A DNA stretch of 64,000 bases from Eledone cirrhosa. Its lineage: Eukaryota. Within the stretch, counting starts at the first letter, position 1. Each line of letters starts with the position of its first letter. The stretch covers positions 21,762,001 to 21,826,000 of the forward strand of contig OZ024745.1 of NCBI GenBank assembly GCA_964016885.1. Direction: 5' to 3'. Below, in pieces: positions 1-14,429 of the stretch. Position numbers and translations under genes: made by a program. The notes beneath the pieces are model-generated. The model was not told the origin of the DNA. It saw only the letters and a program-made list of their open reading frames with translations, and did no database searches.

Positions 1-179
1 ATATATATATATATATACACATACGTATATATATATATTTATATATATATATATAATTATATATATATATATATATACATACATACGTATATATATATTT
101 ATGTTTATAAACACAAAGACACACTCACAGACACACACACACGTACACACACGCATATATATATGGTTGTACCCACGCA

Positions 180-242
<63 letters not shown>

Positions 243-278
243 TACATACATATATATATTTGTAGCCACGCACCACAT

Positions 279-329
<51 letters not shown>

Positions 330-364
330 CATGAGAAGAAAGAAGAATACTATATATATATATA

Positions 365-401
<37 letters not shown>

Positions 402-622
402 GTGTACACATATATTATTTATTTATTCCATGCGCTAGAAGCTGCACTGGGACACAGAAAGACGCAAAGTCTATTACTCGGTAGTGTTCACATATTTTGT
501 TATTCCCAAATGTCGCTCGACGGAGTCTCTTCTTTCCAGTCAGACGCAACACTCATATATATTTCATACACACCACAGCAACTCTATACTTACATATATT
601 ACATCTCTCTCTCTATATATAT

Positions 623-712
<90 letters not shown>

Positions 713-743
713 ATATAATACGGACGTACTCACACAAACATAC

Positions 744-809
<66 letters not shown>

Positions 810-1104
810 CTATATTATACGGACGTACTCACACAAACATACACATACATGTATATATATCTATATATATATACTACACGCACATACTCACAGTAACATA
901 TGCATACATGTATATATATATACATATATATATATATATGTGTGTGTGTATGTGTCTGTGTTTGTGTGTGTGTGTGTGTATGTATATATCTATGTATGTA
1001 CCGCTCTTTCTCCCCTTTCCCCTACTCTCTCTCTATGTGTATATATACATATCCATATATATATATATATGTGTGCATGAATCTATATATACGTATCTCT
1101 TAGA

Positions 1105-1180
<76 letters not shown>

Positions 1181-1589
1181 AATACACACGCACGCCCAGA
1201 TACATACATATATATTAGGTATAAGAAAATATAGGGCGTAAACACACCATTTTGTGTGTAAAATATGCTTGTGGCGTTTGTCTGTATGTATGCTGCGTGT
1301 GTGTGTATATGTATGAGTGTGTGTTTGTGGTGTGTATGTATATGTGTACATAAATATGGTGTGTGGATGACTGTTGAAAGGACATACTTTCTGTCACGCC
1401 TTATGGAAATATGCAAACATACACAATTAACACACATACACAACACACATACACAACACACATACACAACATACATACACAATTAACACACATACACAAC
1501 ATACATACACAATTAACACACTTAGACAGACGAGCACACATACACAATTAACATACATACACAGACGAGTACACGCTTATGAATCGACG

Positions 1590-1621
<32 letters not shown>

Positions 1622-1704
1622 AAAACACACACACATGCAAATACACACAGACACACACACGTATATATAATTTACGTACTTAATTATATCCAAATACGAA
1701 CGTC

Positions 1705-1735
<31 letters not shown>

Positions 1736-1779
1736 AATATATACATATATATACATATAAATAAATATATATGATATAT

Positions 1780-1816
<37 letters not shown>

Positions 1817-1841
1817 AATATATATATGATTATATATATAG

Positions 1842-1909
<68 letters not shown>

Positions 1910-2263
1910 GCATGTGTGCTTACGTGTGTATATATGAAATAGATATGTATTTCCTATAAATCTATATATTTCTCACTAATTAGCAAATATATTTACTAAT
2001 TATCATTGGGGCTGAATTACTCCGGTTCCCATTTCAAATCTCAGGTTTCTTTATAACCATGAAATGTAGAAACGTTTTATGCCATAAGTTTTGTAACCGT
2101 ACGTATATACAGGCTTTACATGACTTACATTCACACACATTCACAATCACATACACGGAGACATACACCGGCACGTATTCAAAGCCGGGTGATTTTTTAC
2201 TGAGAGAAACTGTTCTGGTCCTGTAGAAGTGATTTCTATAATATATATGTATGTATACATACA

Positions 2264-2336
<73 letters not shown>

Positions 2337-2462
2337 TTAATCATCCTCTTTTCTAAAATTATATATCATACACAAAACGCCAGCATCAAGAGTTTTCCAA
2401 GAGATGGCAGCATTAATGGAGCTGTTATTTTTCTCAAAAAACATTTTCCGATTCCGCCTTTT

Positions 2463-2525
<63 letters not shown>

Positions 2526-3130
2526 TATATATATATACGTATGATTTATTATACAAACTCGTTTTATTCGTGAGAAATCATCACCTAAGCCCTGATGATT
2601 TCTTACGAAGGAAACAATCTAGTCCCGCAGAAGTTACTTCTATAATAAAATATATATATTATATATATATATATATATACAATACATAAACAGAGAAAGC
2701 CTTAAGCGATACTCCGACCAACTCCATCTCACTCAACAAACATTAGGATATACTTAAGTATTATCCCAATTTAATATTTGGGGTGCTAACTAATCAGTAT
2801 TTCGTGAATAATTGGTTGTATTATTTTATATGAGACATTATTAAATAAATATTTCATTTCTCCCAGACGGCCGTTTTGTTATAAGATTTCTACAATTTGG
2901 GATAAATAATTTCCAGGTTATGTAGAAACTTGTATATAATCCATAGCTTTATACACAAGCGGGCTCTTATAAACTCATCAGTGGATGCCCAGTCAATAAC
3001 GATATAAGAATTATATCGACATTAACAGAATGGTGATGGTCTCCCTCAGCGCTAAGAAGAGACTGGTAGATTAAAATCCAGCAATTCTCTCAAAGAAAAA
3101 AACACGCTGCCCTCAAAAGGGTAAAGGGAT

Positions 3131-3186
<56 letters not shown>

Positions 3187-3390
3187 CACGTTATCCCCAT
3201 TATTCACGCAATGAGACCAGATTTGCACGTTAACAATTCATTTGTGGATATTACTCTTCAAAAGATAAAGAAAAAAACCCGAACGCGTTTTGTACAATTC
3301 TAAAACAATCGTCTTCTCGATAGATTCCTGAACGGATGTTTGTTTTTAATATATATTCAAATACACATACCCATATCCGGATTCTATCAT

Positions 3391-3496
<106 letters not shown>

Positions 3497-4104
3497 GAAA
3501 GAAAGAATAGGATTGGGTGTGTAGTTGAGAATAAGAAGAAAGCAAGAACGGGGGTAGGTGGAGTTTTCCTCATCAGTTGTCTACTAGGGGTCTCGGATAT
3601 TTCAACGCTTTAAAGACAATATATCTACCCCTAGAGCCTTTGGTAACTGGGTAAGTTATTGGGAAAACGGAGGAGGGGGGGGGGGGTAAATAGAAGGAAA
3701 AAGGGAAAAAAGGGAAGAAAAGAGAAAAACAGCGAAAAAAAAAATATATATATAGAACTAAATGCTATTTTACCTTTCAGCTAGACGAGCTCGATCACCA
3801 CCTTTTAAACAAGATTATCTTACACAAAACTCCAGAGCAACAGTTTGCCTAGAGATTGTGACGAGAATAGACCTGTTTGTTCTCAAAAATATATATTTTT
3901 CGTTTCTGTCACTGCCCGTTTCTTCAATCTTTACTTCTTTAATTTCTCATTCTATTCTCTGATGAAGAACTAGCGTCCAAAACGTTTCCTACTATATCAA
4001 GCAAAAAACTAATAATGTATTTCTTCCTTGTACTGTGTCACTTGCTTTGTTATTGGTGTTTGCCTTTTACATACATATAATATATATTTTTATTCGTATA
4101 AATC

Positions 4105-4215
<111 letters not shown>

Positions 4216-4486
4216 CATATATATAGGCATATATACATATATATAGAAAGAGACATATATATATAGACTATTTTCAAACGTTCTTTTATTATCGCAAACA
4301 CCTGGAGTGGCGCCAAACTGTTGATATATTTTCTATATATTTTTTCCTCAATTGTATCGACCCCAGGTTTATACATTCACTGAAAGAATGTTGAAATGTA
4401 AAATTTTAAAGGTGTACACGCAAGGAAGCAGGATGATAATTTGTGTAACAACACCAGAAGACATTCCGCCGCCACCACTGTTATGT

Positions 4487-4541
<55 letters not shown>

Positions 4542-5031
4542 GAAGGAGAGTTTTGTGTTGATCTGAGTTAAATAAATGTTTCTATGATATAATTTTTAAA
4601 ACCTCTTGCGTGTATATATAACAAAGCAGGTGTGGTAAGATACCAGGTGGACCATAACGTACCAGGGTACTCAATACTTAGGGTAGTAGAGTGGGTAATA
4701 GGGAAGAGAGTCAGGAGCCCTTGGGTCTAATTTATATATATTTTATATATTTTTTATATTTTTTTATTTCTTTCTATTATCTTTTATTGTCTCCTACTCT
4801 CATTCGATTTACCTATTCTATAACCTCTCTCCTCTACTTCATACACTATCCTTAGAATCTGCTGTATACATATCACTTTCAACGCTTGACCGCTCCACTC
4901 ACTCCCCTATTGTTCTACAGGCAAGTTCAGCCACACCTACCCCCCACCAAATGCCATGTTAGACTTATTTGTGTCTACAACAAATTTTAACCAATCCTCT
5001 TGACAACTACAATCTTCGCATATAAGGAAGT

Positions 5032-5128
5032 ACCCCCTTGACCAGTTCGGCTATTTATTCACCAGGCTAAAAATTCTAATTTAGTCCAGAAATAGCTGTC
5101 GAAACGGCTTGAGCTCTGCCGTCGGGGT
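5032..5128 (+). ncRNA. Type I hammerhead with a degenerate 5' core
   Basis: ACCCC-cttgacca-..CGGCTATTT..AAATAGCTG..-GAAACGGC ttgagctct GCCGTC^-GGGGT. All three stems are present but the CUGANGA box is mutated. Confidence 0.6.
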
Positions 5129-5140
5129 CATACTTTTTCC

Positions 5141-5172
<32 letters not shown>

Positions 5173-5775
5173 TGTATGTATGTGTGTGTGTGTGTGTGTG
5201 CGTCAAATTGAATTATTAATTTCCGTCGTATTTTTTACTACAAAAATAGTCTAAAAATAACAGGTTGTATATACCCCAGAGAGGAAATAAATGAGCACCA
5301 GAATGCGTGGGATTTGAAACCACAACTCTTATTTTCCTGAGAATTGTGCTAGCCGATTACCCCAACTTGCCCATATTTTCATATGAGGGGTATTATGAAT
5401 GAGTGGGGTATAATACATGACAGTGTTTTATTGATTTCGGGGCGGGGTTATGAATGAGTGGTGTGCTGTGGATGAGTGAGGTATTATGCACAAGGTGGTA
5501 TTTTGCATGCGGAGTGTTATGAAGAGCGGGTGTTAGGGATGAGGGACTGTTATGTAAGTAAGGGTGTTAATCATAAGTGGAGTCTTATGCATGAGTTGGG
5601 TATTATGGAGGAACGGATGTTATGGATGAGGGTAGCGTTGTGATGATCAGATTAGATTAAAGTAATTACATGATCAATAGTGCAATAATGTAAAAGGTAC
5701 CAAGCTTCATAGGACCTACTTGAAATATACTGCCTTAAAAAGTACCCCATGAAAGGGTTCTGGTTAGTTTCGATA

Positions 5776-5962
5776 TACGAGGGTCGACTGAAAAGTTCAT
5801 CGGATGACAATGAAGTAGTGATGCTAGGACTGTGAAATCTTACATGCATTAATTTCAAATCTTCTTGTTAACTGCATTGTTTTATTCCAGGGACTATATT
5901 GAAAAATAAACTTCCTTTGGTTATTCCATGAGAGTATCTTGGTCAGCCTATGAACTTTTCAT
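5776..5962. mobile_element. Mariner-type MITE
   Basis: Starts TACGAGGGTCGACTGAAAAGTTCAT and has an inverted end GTCAGCCTATGAACTTTTCA. Confidence 0.7.
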
Positions 5963-6079
5963 GTGAAAATACTTCTGGGTGGCAAAATACACAGATCCCA
6001 TTCCCGTGAGATTCCCAAGGGTTTTTATTTTTATTTATTTATTTTTCGTTTTTGGAAGGACAGAATCTAGTAGTAGAAA

Positions 6080-6263
6080 ATAACTGTTTCTACATTAGGC
6101 ACAAGGCCAGCAATTATCCAGTGTATTACTGGTACTTTATTTTATCGACCCCGTAAGGATGAAAGGCAAAGTCAACCTCTGCGGGATTTGAACTCAGATC
6201 GTAAAGGGACGTAACTATGCTGGAAAGCATGGCGTCCGACCCTCTACCGATACTGCCAATCCA
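6080..6263 (-). mobile_element. tRNA-derived SINE family A (Deu/Nin-like core)
   Basis: A box TGGCAGTATCGG, B box GAGTTCAAATCC, core gcctttcatccttacggggtcgataaa. TSD-like aaaataact. Confidence 0.85.
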
Positions 6264-6681
6264 CAAAATAACTATTTCTTTTTTGACAACAATTTTTATT
6301 TATAAGTCAGTACTAGTATCGAAACCCAGCCAAAACCAAATTATTTATTTCAAATAAACCCCACATTACAATCGCTTTTCTTTTTGAAGATTTCTAGTAG
6401 ACTCTATTGTTACATTCCGTATGGCAACTGAAAGAGTCTCTGCCATCTAGTAACTATTCAGATATTACTACCTTCATTTTTTTTTATAACGTTCAAACGA
6501 TCATATATTGATTTCACAGTTTGGTAAAAAACGAGCTGATTGTGCTTGTTGTTGTTGTTGTTTTCGTTGTTGTTTATTTTTTGTAGTAGTTGTTGTTCGT
6601 AGTGGTGGTGGTAGTGGTGTTGGTTGTGGTGGTGGCATTGATGTTGTTGTTGTTGTTGTTTATTTTTTGTAGTGGTTGTTG

Positions 6682-7746
6682 ATCGTAGTGGTGGTGTTGG
6701 TGACGGTGGCATTGGTGATAGTGGTTGTGGTGTTGGTGACGGTGGTATTGGTGATAGTGGTTGTGGTGCTGGTGACGGTGGTATTAGTGATAGTGGTTGT
6801 GGTGCTGGTGACGGTGGTATTGGTGATAGTGGTTGTGGTGTTGGTGACGGTGGTATTGGTGATAGTGGTTGTGGTGTTGGTGACGGTGGCATTGGTGATA
6901 GTGGTTGTGGTGTTCGTGACGGTGGTATTGGTGATAGTGGTTGTGGTGTTGGTGACGGTGGCATTGGTGATAGTGGTTGTGGTGTTGGTGACGGTGGCAT
7001 TGGTGATAGTGGTTGTGGTGTTCGTGACGGTGGTATTGGTGATAGTGGTTGTGGTGTTGGTGACGGTGGTATTGGTGATAGTGGTTGTGGTGTTGGTGAC
7101 GGTGGCATTGGTGATAGTGGTTGTGGTGTTGGTGACGGTGGTATTGGTGATAGTGGTTGTGGTGTTGGTGACGGTGGCATTGGTGATAGTGGTTGTGGTG
7201 TTCGTGACGGTGGTATTGGTGATAGTGGTTGTGGTGTTGGTGACGGTGGCATTGGTGATAGTGGTTGTGGTGTTGGTGACGGTGGCATTGGTGATAGTGG
7301 TTGTGGTGTTCGTGACGGTGGTATTGGTGATAGTGGTTGTGGTGTTGGTGACGGTGGTATTGGTGATAGTGGTTGTGGTGTTGGTGACGGTGGTATTGGT
7401 GATAGTGGTTGTGGTGTTGGTGACGGTGGTATTGGTGATAGTGGTTGTGGTGCTGGTGACGGTGGTATTAGTGATAGTGGTTGTGGTGTTGGTGACGGTG
7501 GTATTGGTGATAGTGGTTGTGGTGTTGGTGACGGTGGTATTGGTGATAGTGGTTGTGGTGTTGGTGACGGTGGCATTGGTGATAGTGGTTGTGGTGTTCG
7601 TGACGGTGGTATTGGTGATAGTGGTTGTGGTGCTGGTGACGGTGGTATTAGTGATAGTGGTTGTGGTGTTCGTGACGGTGGTATTGGTGATAGTGGTTGT
7701 GGTGCTGGTGACGGTGGTATTAGTGATAGTGGTTGTGGTGTTGGTA
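6682..7746. repeat. 36-bp minisatellite, about 29 copies
   Basis: Unit ggtgttggtgacggtggtattggtgatagtggttgt with recurring point variants. Confidence 0.95.
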
Positions 7747-8058
7747 CCGTTGACTAATGTTGTATGTATTCTTGATCTTTTTGAAGTTATTGCTGTTGTA
7801 TTTTTTCCTTCTCGTTTAGATATCTGAACAATTCTTAGCACGCACAGTTGAAAGGGATATATAATTTTGTATATATTGTACATATTTTATATATGTATGT
7901 AATGTATGTATGTATGTATGTATGTATGTATGTATGTATGTATGTATGTACGTATGTATGTATGTATGTATTTATGTATGTATGTATGTAATGTATGTAT
8001 GTATGTATGTAATGTATGTATGTATGTATGTATGTATGTATGTATGTATGTATTTATG

Positions 8059-8092
<34 letters not shown>

Positions 8093-8143
8093 TGTATGTA
8101 TGTATGTATGTATATATGTATGTATGTATGTATGTATGTAATG

Positions 8144-8174
<31 letters not shown>

Positions 8175-8259
8175 TGTATGTATGTATGTAATGTATGTAT
8201 GTATGTATGTATGTATGTAATGTATGTATATATGTAATGTATGTATGTATGTATGCATG

Positions 8260-8290
<31 letters not shown>

Positions 8291-8302
8291 TGTATGTATG
8301 TA

Positions 8303-8513
8303 TGCTTTATATCTGGAGATCTCTCTGCACTTGTCGTCACATGGTACCATGGGCCCAGCACTATGTGTCAATAATTGTCACAAGTAGTGTTTGTACCAGA
8401 GTTTTCAAGTCGCTGGCTGGACTAAAAAGTCACACTCGTTCAGCGCATCGGTAGGGGTTCTCCTACATGGATATAAAGTAGTGGCCGTACTCGAAAACGA
8501 GTTGGCAGCCACC
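8303..8513 (+). mobile_element. 5'-truncated copy of the RTE-derived element inside a (TATG)n array
   Basis: Matches 48611-48823. Confidence 0.8.
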
Positions 8514-9027
8514 ATGTATGTATGTATGTATGTAATGTATGTATGTATGTATGTATGTAATGTATGTAATGTATGTATGCATGTTTGTATGTAAGTATCT
8601 TTGCATGTATGAATCTATGTATGTATATATGTTTCCTTGTATGAATGTATGTACGTATGAATGTACATATTTATATATGTATGTGTGCATGAATATATGT
8701 ACGTATGTATATACATATGAATCTATATATGTATGCATGCATGTATATATATAGATTCATACGTATATACATACGTACATATATTCATGCACACATACAT
8801 ATGTATGCATGTATGTATGTATATATATATATATGGACTGTGTATGTATACATGTATTTATATATCTATGTATTTCTCTGTATGGTGTGTGACAGTGCCT
8901 GTATACACACATGCATGCATATATTTATATTTATATAGACATGTTCCTGTTTACGTGGATATACACACTTTCTTTACAAATATATGTGCAGGTATTCAAT
9001 TTTAAACACGCCACACACAAACACTTG

Positions 9028-9104
<77 letters not shown>

Positions 9105-9112
<8 letters not shown>

Positions 9113-9526
9113 AGATCAAAAGATGGTTAAAGGAGTTCCATGTATTTTATTATGCGCATTTCAAAAACAAACATCATCATGCAATAATATTTGTGTTTTC
9201 ATCAGATAAAACAGGAGAACATGATATGAAGGCTAAAAAACACTTGTGGATAGTGCAGTTTTAAATCAACATATGATATGTTGATTTAAAACTGCACTAT
9301 CCACAAGTGTTTTTTAGCCTTCATATCATGTTCTCCTGTTTTATCTGATGAAAACACAAATATTATTGCATGATGATGTTTGTTTTTGAAATGCGCATAA
9401 TAAAATACATGGAACTCCTTTAACCATCTTTTGATCTTATATTATGTATACTCCAGTCCTACAAACTGTAGAGTGCTTCTTATCCGATATCTGCATTGCT
9501 TTATTGTACTACAATAAAACTCACCT

Positions 9527-9531
<5 letters not shown>
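9105..9531 (+). mobile_element. Fold-back HHR element (170-bp arms, centre 9275) in (TA)n
   Basis: Palindrome 9105-9445 plus a unique tail. HHR 9339-9405: TTTTAT-CTGATGA..GAAA-TGCGCA-TA^-ATAAAA. Confidence 0.8.
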
Positions 9532-9561
<30 letters not shown>

Positions 9562-9570
<9 letters not shown>

Positions 9571-10103
9571 TAAACAAATAATGAATAAACAATTCCTTAT
9601 ATTAAACAAAAAAAGTTCATTATTTAACGATCGTTTCTAGGATATATATGTGTTAGAATTGGTATGCATATTCAACAGATCTATGTACAAAATTATACAA
9701 AATTATACAAATTATCAAGATTAAATATACATACCAACACATATATACGCCGTCTTCAGAAATAAATATTATTTCTGAAGACGGCGTATATATGTGTTGG
9801 TATGTATATTTAATCTTGATAATTTGTATAATTTTGTATAATTTTGTACATAGATCTGTTGAATATGCATACCAATTCTAACACATATATATCCTAGAAA
9901 CGATCGTTAAATAATGAACTTTTTTTGTTTAATATAAGGAATTGTTTATTCATTATTTGTTTAATATTTTATCTTGACTCTGTATACCGTTTATCTTTCA
10001 CCGAAAGTGATTTTTCATTACATCTCTTCTTTCCATGATATCCGGAATACATTGAGTTCTTCATACGGATTGGACACTACCGTAAACTCTTGGTAGATTT
10101 ATC

Positions 10104-10106
<3 letters not shown>
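9562..10106 (+). mobile_element. Fold-back HHR element (~204-bp arms, centre 9767) in (TA)n
   Basis: Palindrome 9562-9972 plus a tail. HHR 9768-9915: ATTATTT-CTGAAGA-long stem II-GAAA-CGATCG-TT^-AAATAAT. Confidence 0.8.
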
Positions 10107-10134
<28 letters not shown>

Positions 10135-10321
10135 GGATGACACGTTACTAGTTAAGTCTATTATGGCTGTTATTTAACTTCGTATTACATACGTAATGAA
10201 AGTAAACTGTAGATATTATCCGCCAATAATGCACACATACATACACACACACACACATATATATATAAAGATTCCTGATGATTTCTAAAGAATGAAACAG
10301 TTCTAGTCCTGTAGAATCTCA

Positions 10322-10374
<53 letters not shown>

Positions 10375-10437
10375 ACATATATGCATGCATACATATACAT
10401 AAATACATACATACATATATGTATATATATATATAAT

Positions 10438-10627
10438 AACGAAAGAAGTGTGGTAAGGAACCAGATGGCTCATAACGCACCAGATTACTCAATAGTTAGG
10501 GTAGTAGAGTGGGTAATAGGAGAAGGTTTAACCCCGACGGCAGAGCTCAAGCCGTTTCGACGGCTATTTCTGGACCAGAAATAGCCGTCGAAACGGCTTG
10601 AGCTCTGCTGTCGGGGTTAAACTTTTT

Positions 10628-10631
<4 letters not shown>
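10438..10631 (-). mobile_element. Fold-back of the 3' half of the 5032 HHR family (others at 33396-33590 and 39596-39724; fragments at 4620-4730 and 54160-54230)
   Basis: Palindrome centred at 10574 containing gtcgaaacggcttgagctctgc(c/t)gtcgggg on both strands. Confidence 0.75.
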
Positions 10632-10688
<57 letters not shown>

Positions 10689-10997
10689 ATACTTGGGGAG
10701 GGTCATATTTGCGTAATATTGCCAGAATTGATAACAGAACACACTCACTGTTTGGTTGGTTTTCGCTTCTCGCTGTCTTTTATATCTGCGATCTAACTTA
10801 CTCGGTCCTCAATGTTGCCATTGACTGACCGACGGTCAAAATAATACAGATACAATATAGACACAAACACATATATATAGTTTACATAATTTACATAAAT
10901 CTTTCGTTGCACATCTGCAACATCGTCAGTGGTGTTATATTTTTTCCTCCTGTTGTGTTGTATGTCTACGCACGATTTCATATAAAAAACCTCGCTA

Positions 10998-11062
<65 letters not shown>

Positions 11063-11934
11063 TACATACATATATATATATATATACATATATACGTATA
11101 TACACACACATATATATATATATACATACATATATACGTATATACACATATATATATACAAACATACATATATACCTATATACATATATACATATATACT
11201 TACATTCTTACCTACCTACATACATACATACATACATACATACATACATACATACATACATACATACATACATACATACATACATACATACATACATACA
11301 TACATACATACATACGCACTTACATATTTGCAGTCACAGAGAAAGACCCATATATATATATATAGTCATTTATAAAATTGTAAAATATTAAGTGAATGAA
11401 TGACACCATATTTTAAGCCGGGTAAATTATTTATTCGTTAAAATGTAACAGTTATTCTGAACTTTTGCCACGTGGGATTATTGAAAATCATTGATATTTT
11501 GAAAAAGAATGTATACTAAAGCATAACAAAACTACATTTAGTTAACTGAAAATGTTTATTCAGTTATTAGTAAATATTAGAAATATTAAAATATGTATTA
11601 AATTAGGTCTCGTGGAAATCTGTGGCATTACTTGTTGTTGTTGTTGTTACAGATCACACCTATGCAGGTTTAGCTGGCCTCCTCCAATGTATATCTCGTT
11701 GGGGGTGTGTTTGGTGATTTAATGATAGGGACCCAGTCCTATCATCTCATTTCTACAGCTGAGTAAACTGGAGCAACGTGAAATAAAATGTCTTGCTCAA
11801 GGAAACAACACATCTCTCGGTCCGAGAATTGAACTCACAACCTTTCGATTGCAAGCCCACTGCTCTAACCACTAAGCCGCGCGCCTTCACATGTGGCATT
11901 ACTTGGAAAGACAAGACCACTAACACTGAGATCC

Positions 11935-12125
11935 TTCCACGATACATCAACTGAACCGAGTCCATTGTCAAGCGAGCACGACTCAGGCTGAACATACCTC
12001 ACGTATGGCTAACAAAGGCGTTCCAAAGACTCTCGTATTCGGTTAACATGGTACGGGTCAACGGTTGTGGTGGTGGGAGGTGTTAGGACAGCAAAGATTT
12101 CTTCAAAGCCACTGTAAAGTCCTCT
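11935..12125 (+). pseudogene. RTE LINE ORF C-terminal relic
   Basis: Reads roughly ESIVKRARL..AEHTSRMANKGVPKTLVFG, resembling the RTE motif LRWAGH..RM..PK..LYG. Confidence 0.55.
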
Positions 12126-12136
12126 AGGTTCTATTC

Positions 12137-12290
12137 AATAATTGTTTCTACTTTAGGCACAAGGCCAACAATAACCCAGTACATTACTGGTACTTTATTT
12201 TATCGACCCCGTAAGGATGAAAGGCAAAGTAAACCTCGGCGGGATTTGAACTCAGAATGGCAAGGGCCGGAACTCTATGCGTCAAAGCGG
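12137..12290 (-). mobile_element. SINE family A, partial
   Basis: Same core and B box. Confidence 0.8.
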
Positions 12291-12847
12291 AAGATATGCC
12301 ACAAAGGAAATGGTGATTTCGAGATCGATGGCACAAGAAAGCCTGACATGTCAGCGCATGCTTGCCACCCCGAGCAACATTGTCGTTATTCCCCAAACAT
12401 CAGCACATATGTGCTGAACGCTAGAGGTAGTGTGGGTGAGACATGGGCTTCTTTATACATCGAAGCTACAGACATCAGAGTAAGGTAACCCGGAGTGCAA
12501 GAATCGTCGTTGGCAGGAATTTATTCCAACATAATTAAGTGATAGTGTGAATAAAATATTAATTAGTCGAAGGTTAAGAAGAAAATTGAATAGTGAAACA
12601 TATAAAGCAGTGTTAAAAATGTATGTGATATCTGTCTGTAGGAAACATTATATTATCCTCAATCTGGTAGCTTCGAAATTCTGTTCATTTGCTAAAAAAT
12701 AAAAAAAAAATTAAACATCTCTCAAAATTTATCTTGCGACTTATTTTAAATATTTTAAATAAGCAGTAAATTCCAGTGTAGCAACTCTTGCTTTTATTTT
12801 TCTTATTTGTGTCTTATGATCATTTACTCACACACATATATACAAAT

Positions 12848-12968
<121 letters not shown>

Positions 12969-14429
12969 CACACTTGGCGTACTTATATGGTTGATAGAGA
13001 GCTATTTATCTATCTAACTATACACACACATATATATACATACATACACATATATATTATACATATTTCGTGACGACAGGATGCAAAGGATTTCGATAAT
13101 GTTTCGCCAAAGACACTCGTCTTCTGACATCTTTCTTAAGACATCTCAACATTTTTACCTGCTCTCTATGATATCGTTTTGACTGTTGTTTCTCGAGGTT
13201 TCCTCTTCCTCTCTTGCCATCGACCTTAAAAATGGTACAATCTACTGATTCCAACCAACTCCACCGTGACAATTTTACAAAGTTATTAAGTGATGTTATA
13301 TTAACCATCTCTCATACTCTATCTTTGATTATATGCTCATGGTACTAGGTTATTGATATTATACTGTATGTATATACGTAAACAAGACCGATATTGTTCC
13401 AGTCAGTCAACAAACCCTCAGCAAACACCCTAAATTTGTCCCCAAGTACCATGCCAAACCAAACCGTACTCACCCTCAAAATTCGGCAAATCAAACCCCC
13501 CATTCCCCCAAATTCGGCTTATGTAACCGGACCGCAACAGTCACTTAATGTGGAAGACAGACGTTATCAAGCTGTAGTTGTCAGATTACGAAGTCTCTAT
13601 AAGCCAAAGCTATTATTTTATCCAGGTAGAAATCTATTATAATAAAGAACATTATCACCAATACTAAAGAATATTACGAAGTCTAAATAGTTAGTTTTGG
13701 AATGTTTAACTCTAGGAAATACACAACAGTCTTTGATAATGTAACATAGACTCATTAAATATTCCAGCATTTTATTATTTTTATTTTCAACGTTCAGATC
13801 TTGCCGAGGCTAACTTTACCTTTCATCCTTACAGGGTCGATAAAATAAACAACCAGTAACGCACTGGGGTCGATTTAATCGGCTTTCCCCTCCCCAAAAT
13901 TGTTGGCCTTGTGTCTCAATCAGAAATATTTTTATTTTTAATCGTCAACCAATTATTTTTATCGACAATTAATATCTAGCATGATATACATTTTAACTTT
14001 ATTTTAGTTTATCATGCCAATATATTTAACTATTTGCAATATACCAACAAATTTCCTACGTTCCTCAAAATTACTCGAGGTCAAACAAACTTCTTCATTC
14101 ATATTTTAATTATTTATGATTTATACTATTTTATATTCTCATCAATTTCCAAATTCGGACTTTAAATAATCTAATTTTTTGTAATGTATTTTATCATAGA
14201 GACTACTTGTTATTGTATTGAATCACTTTAACTGTTGTAAATAGATTCACCACATCAATATCACAGCTGGTACAGTATTGCAAGATATACTGATCTTACA
14301 GTGGATTTATATCGCTGTATTCATTTAAGTTTAAAAAGTGTATGCTTGAATATTATGGGACACAATTCTATAAAATTATTAGAAGGTCAAATATGCACAA
14401 AAAAAAAGAAGATTTATTTGGGCAAAACT

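Noticed and set aside
1-2000. Numerous [10 protein letters not shown] and VCVC ORFs here and throughout the window
   Set aside because: They are translations of stop-free microsatellites.
6458-7883. Extensin-, mucin- or glycine-rich proteins of 360-400 aa
   Set aside because: Four overlapping frames arise from one 36-bp repeat, with no unique coding flanks.
13085-13135. Hammerhead-like GACGAG..GAAAC on the minus strand
   Set aside because: No intact CUGA and no stem I.
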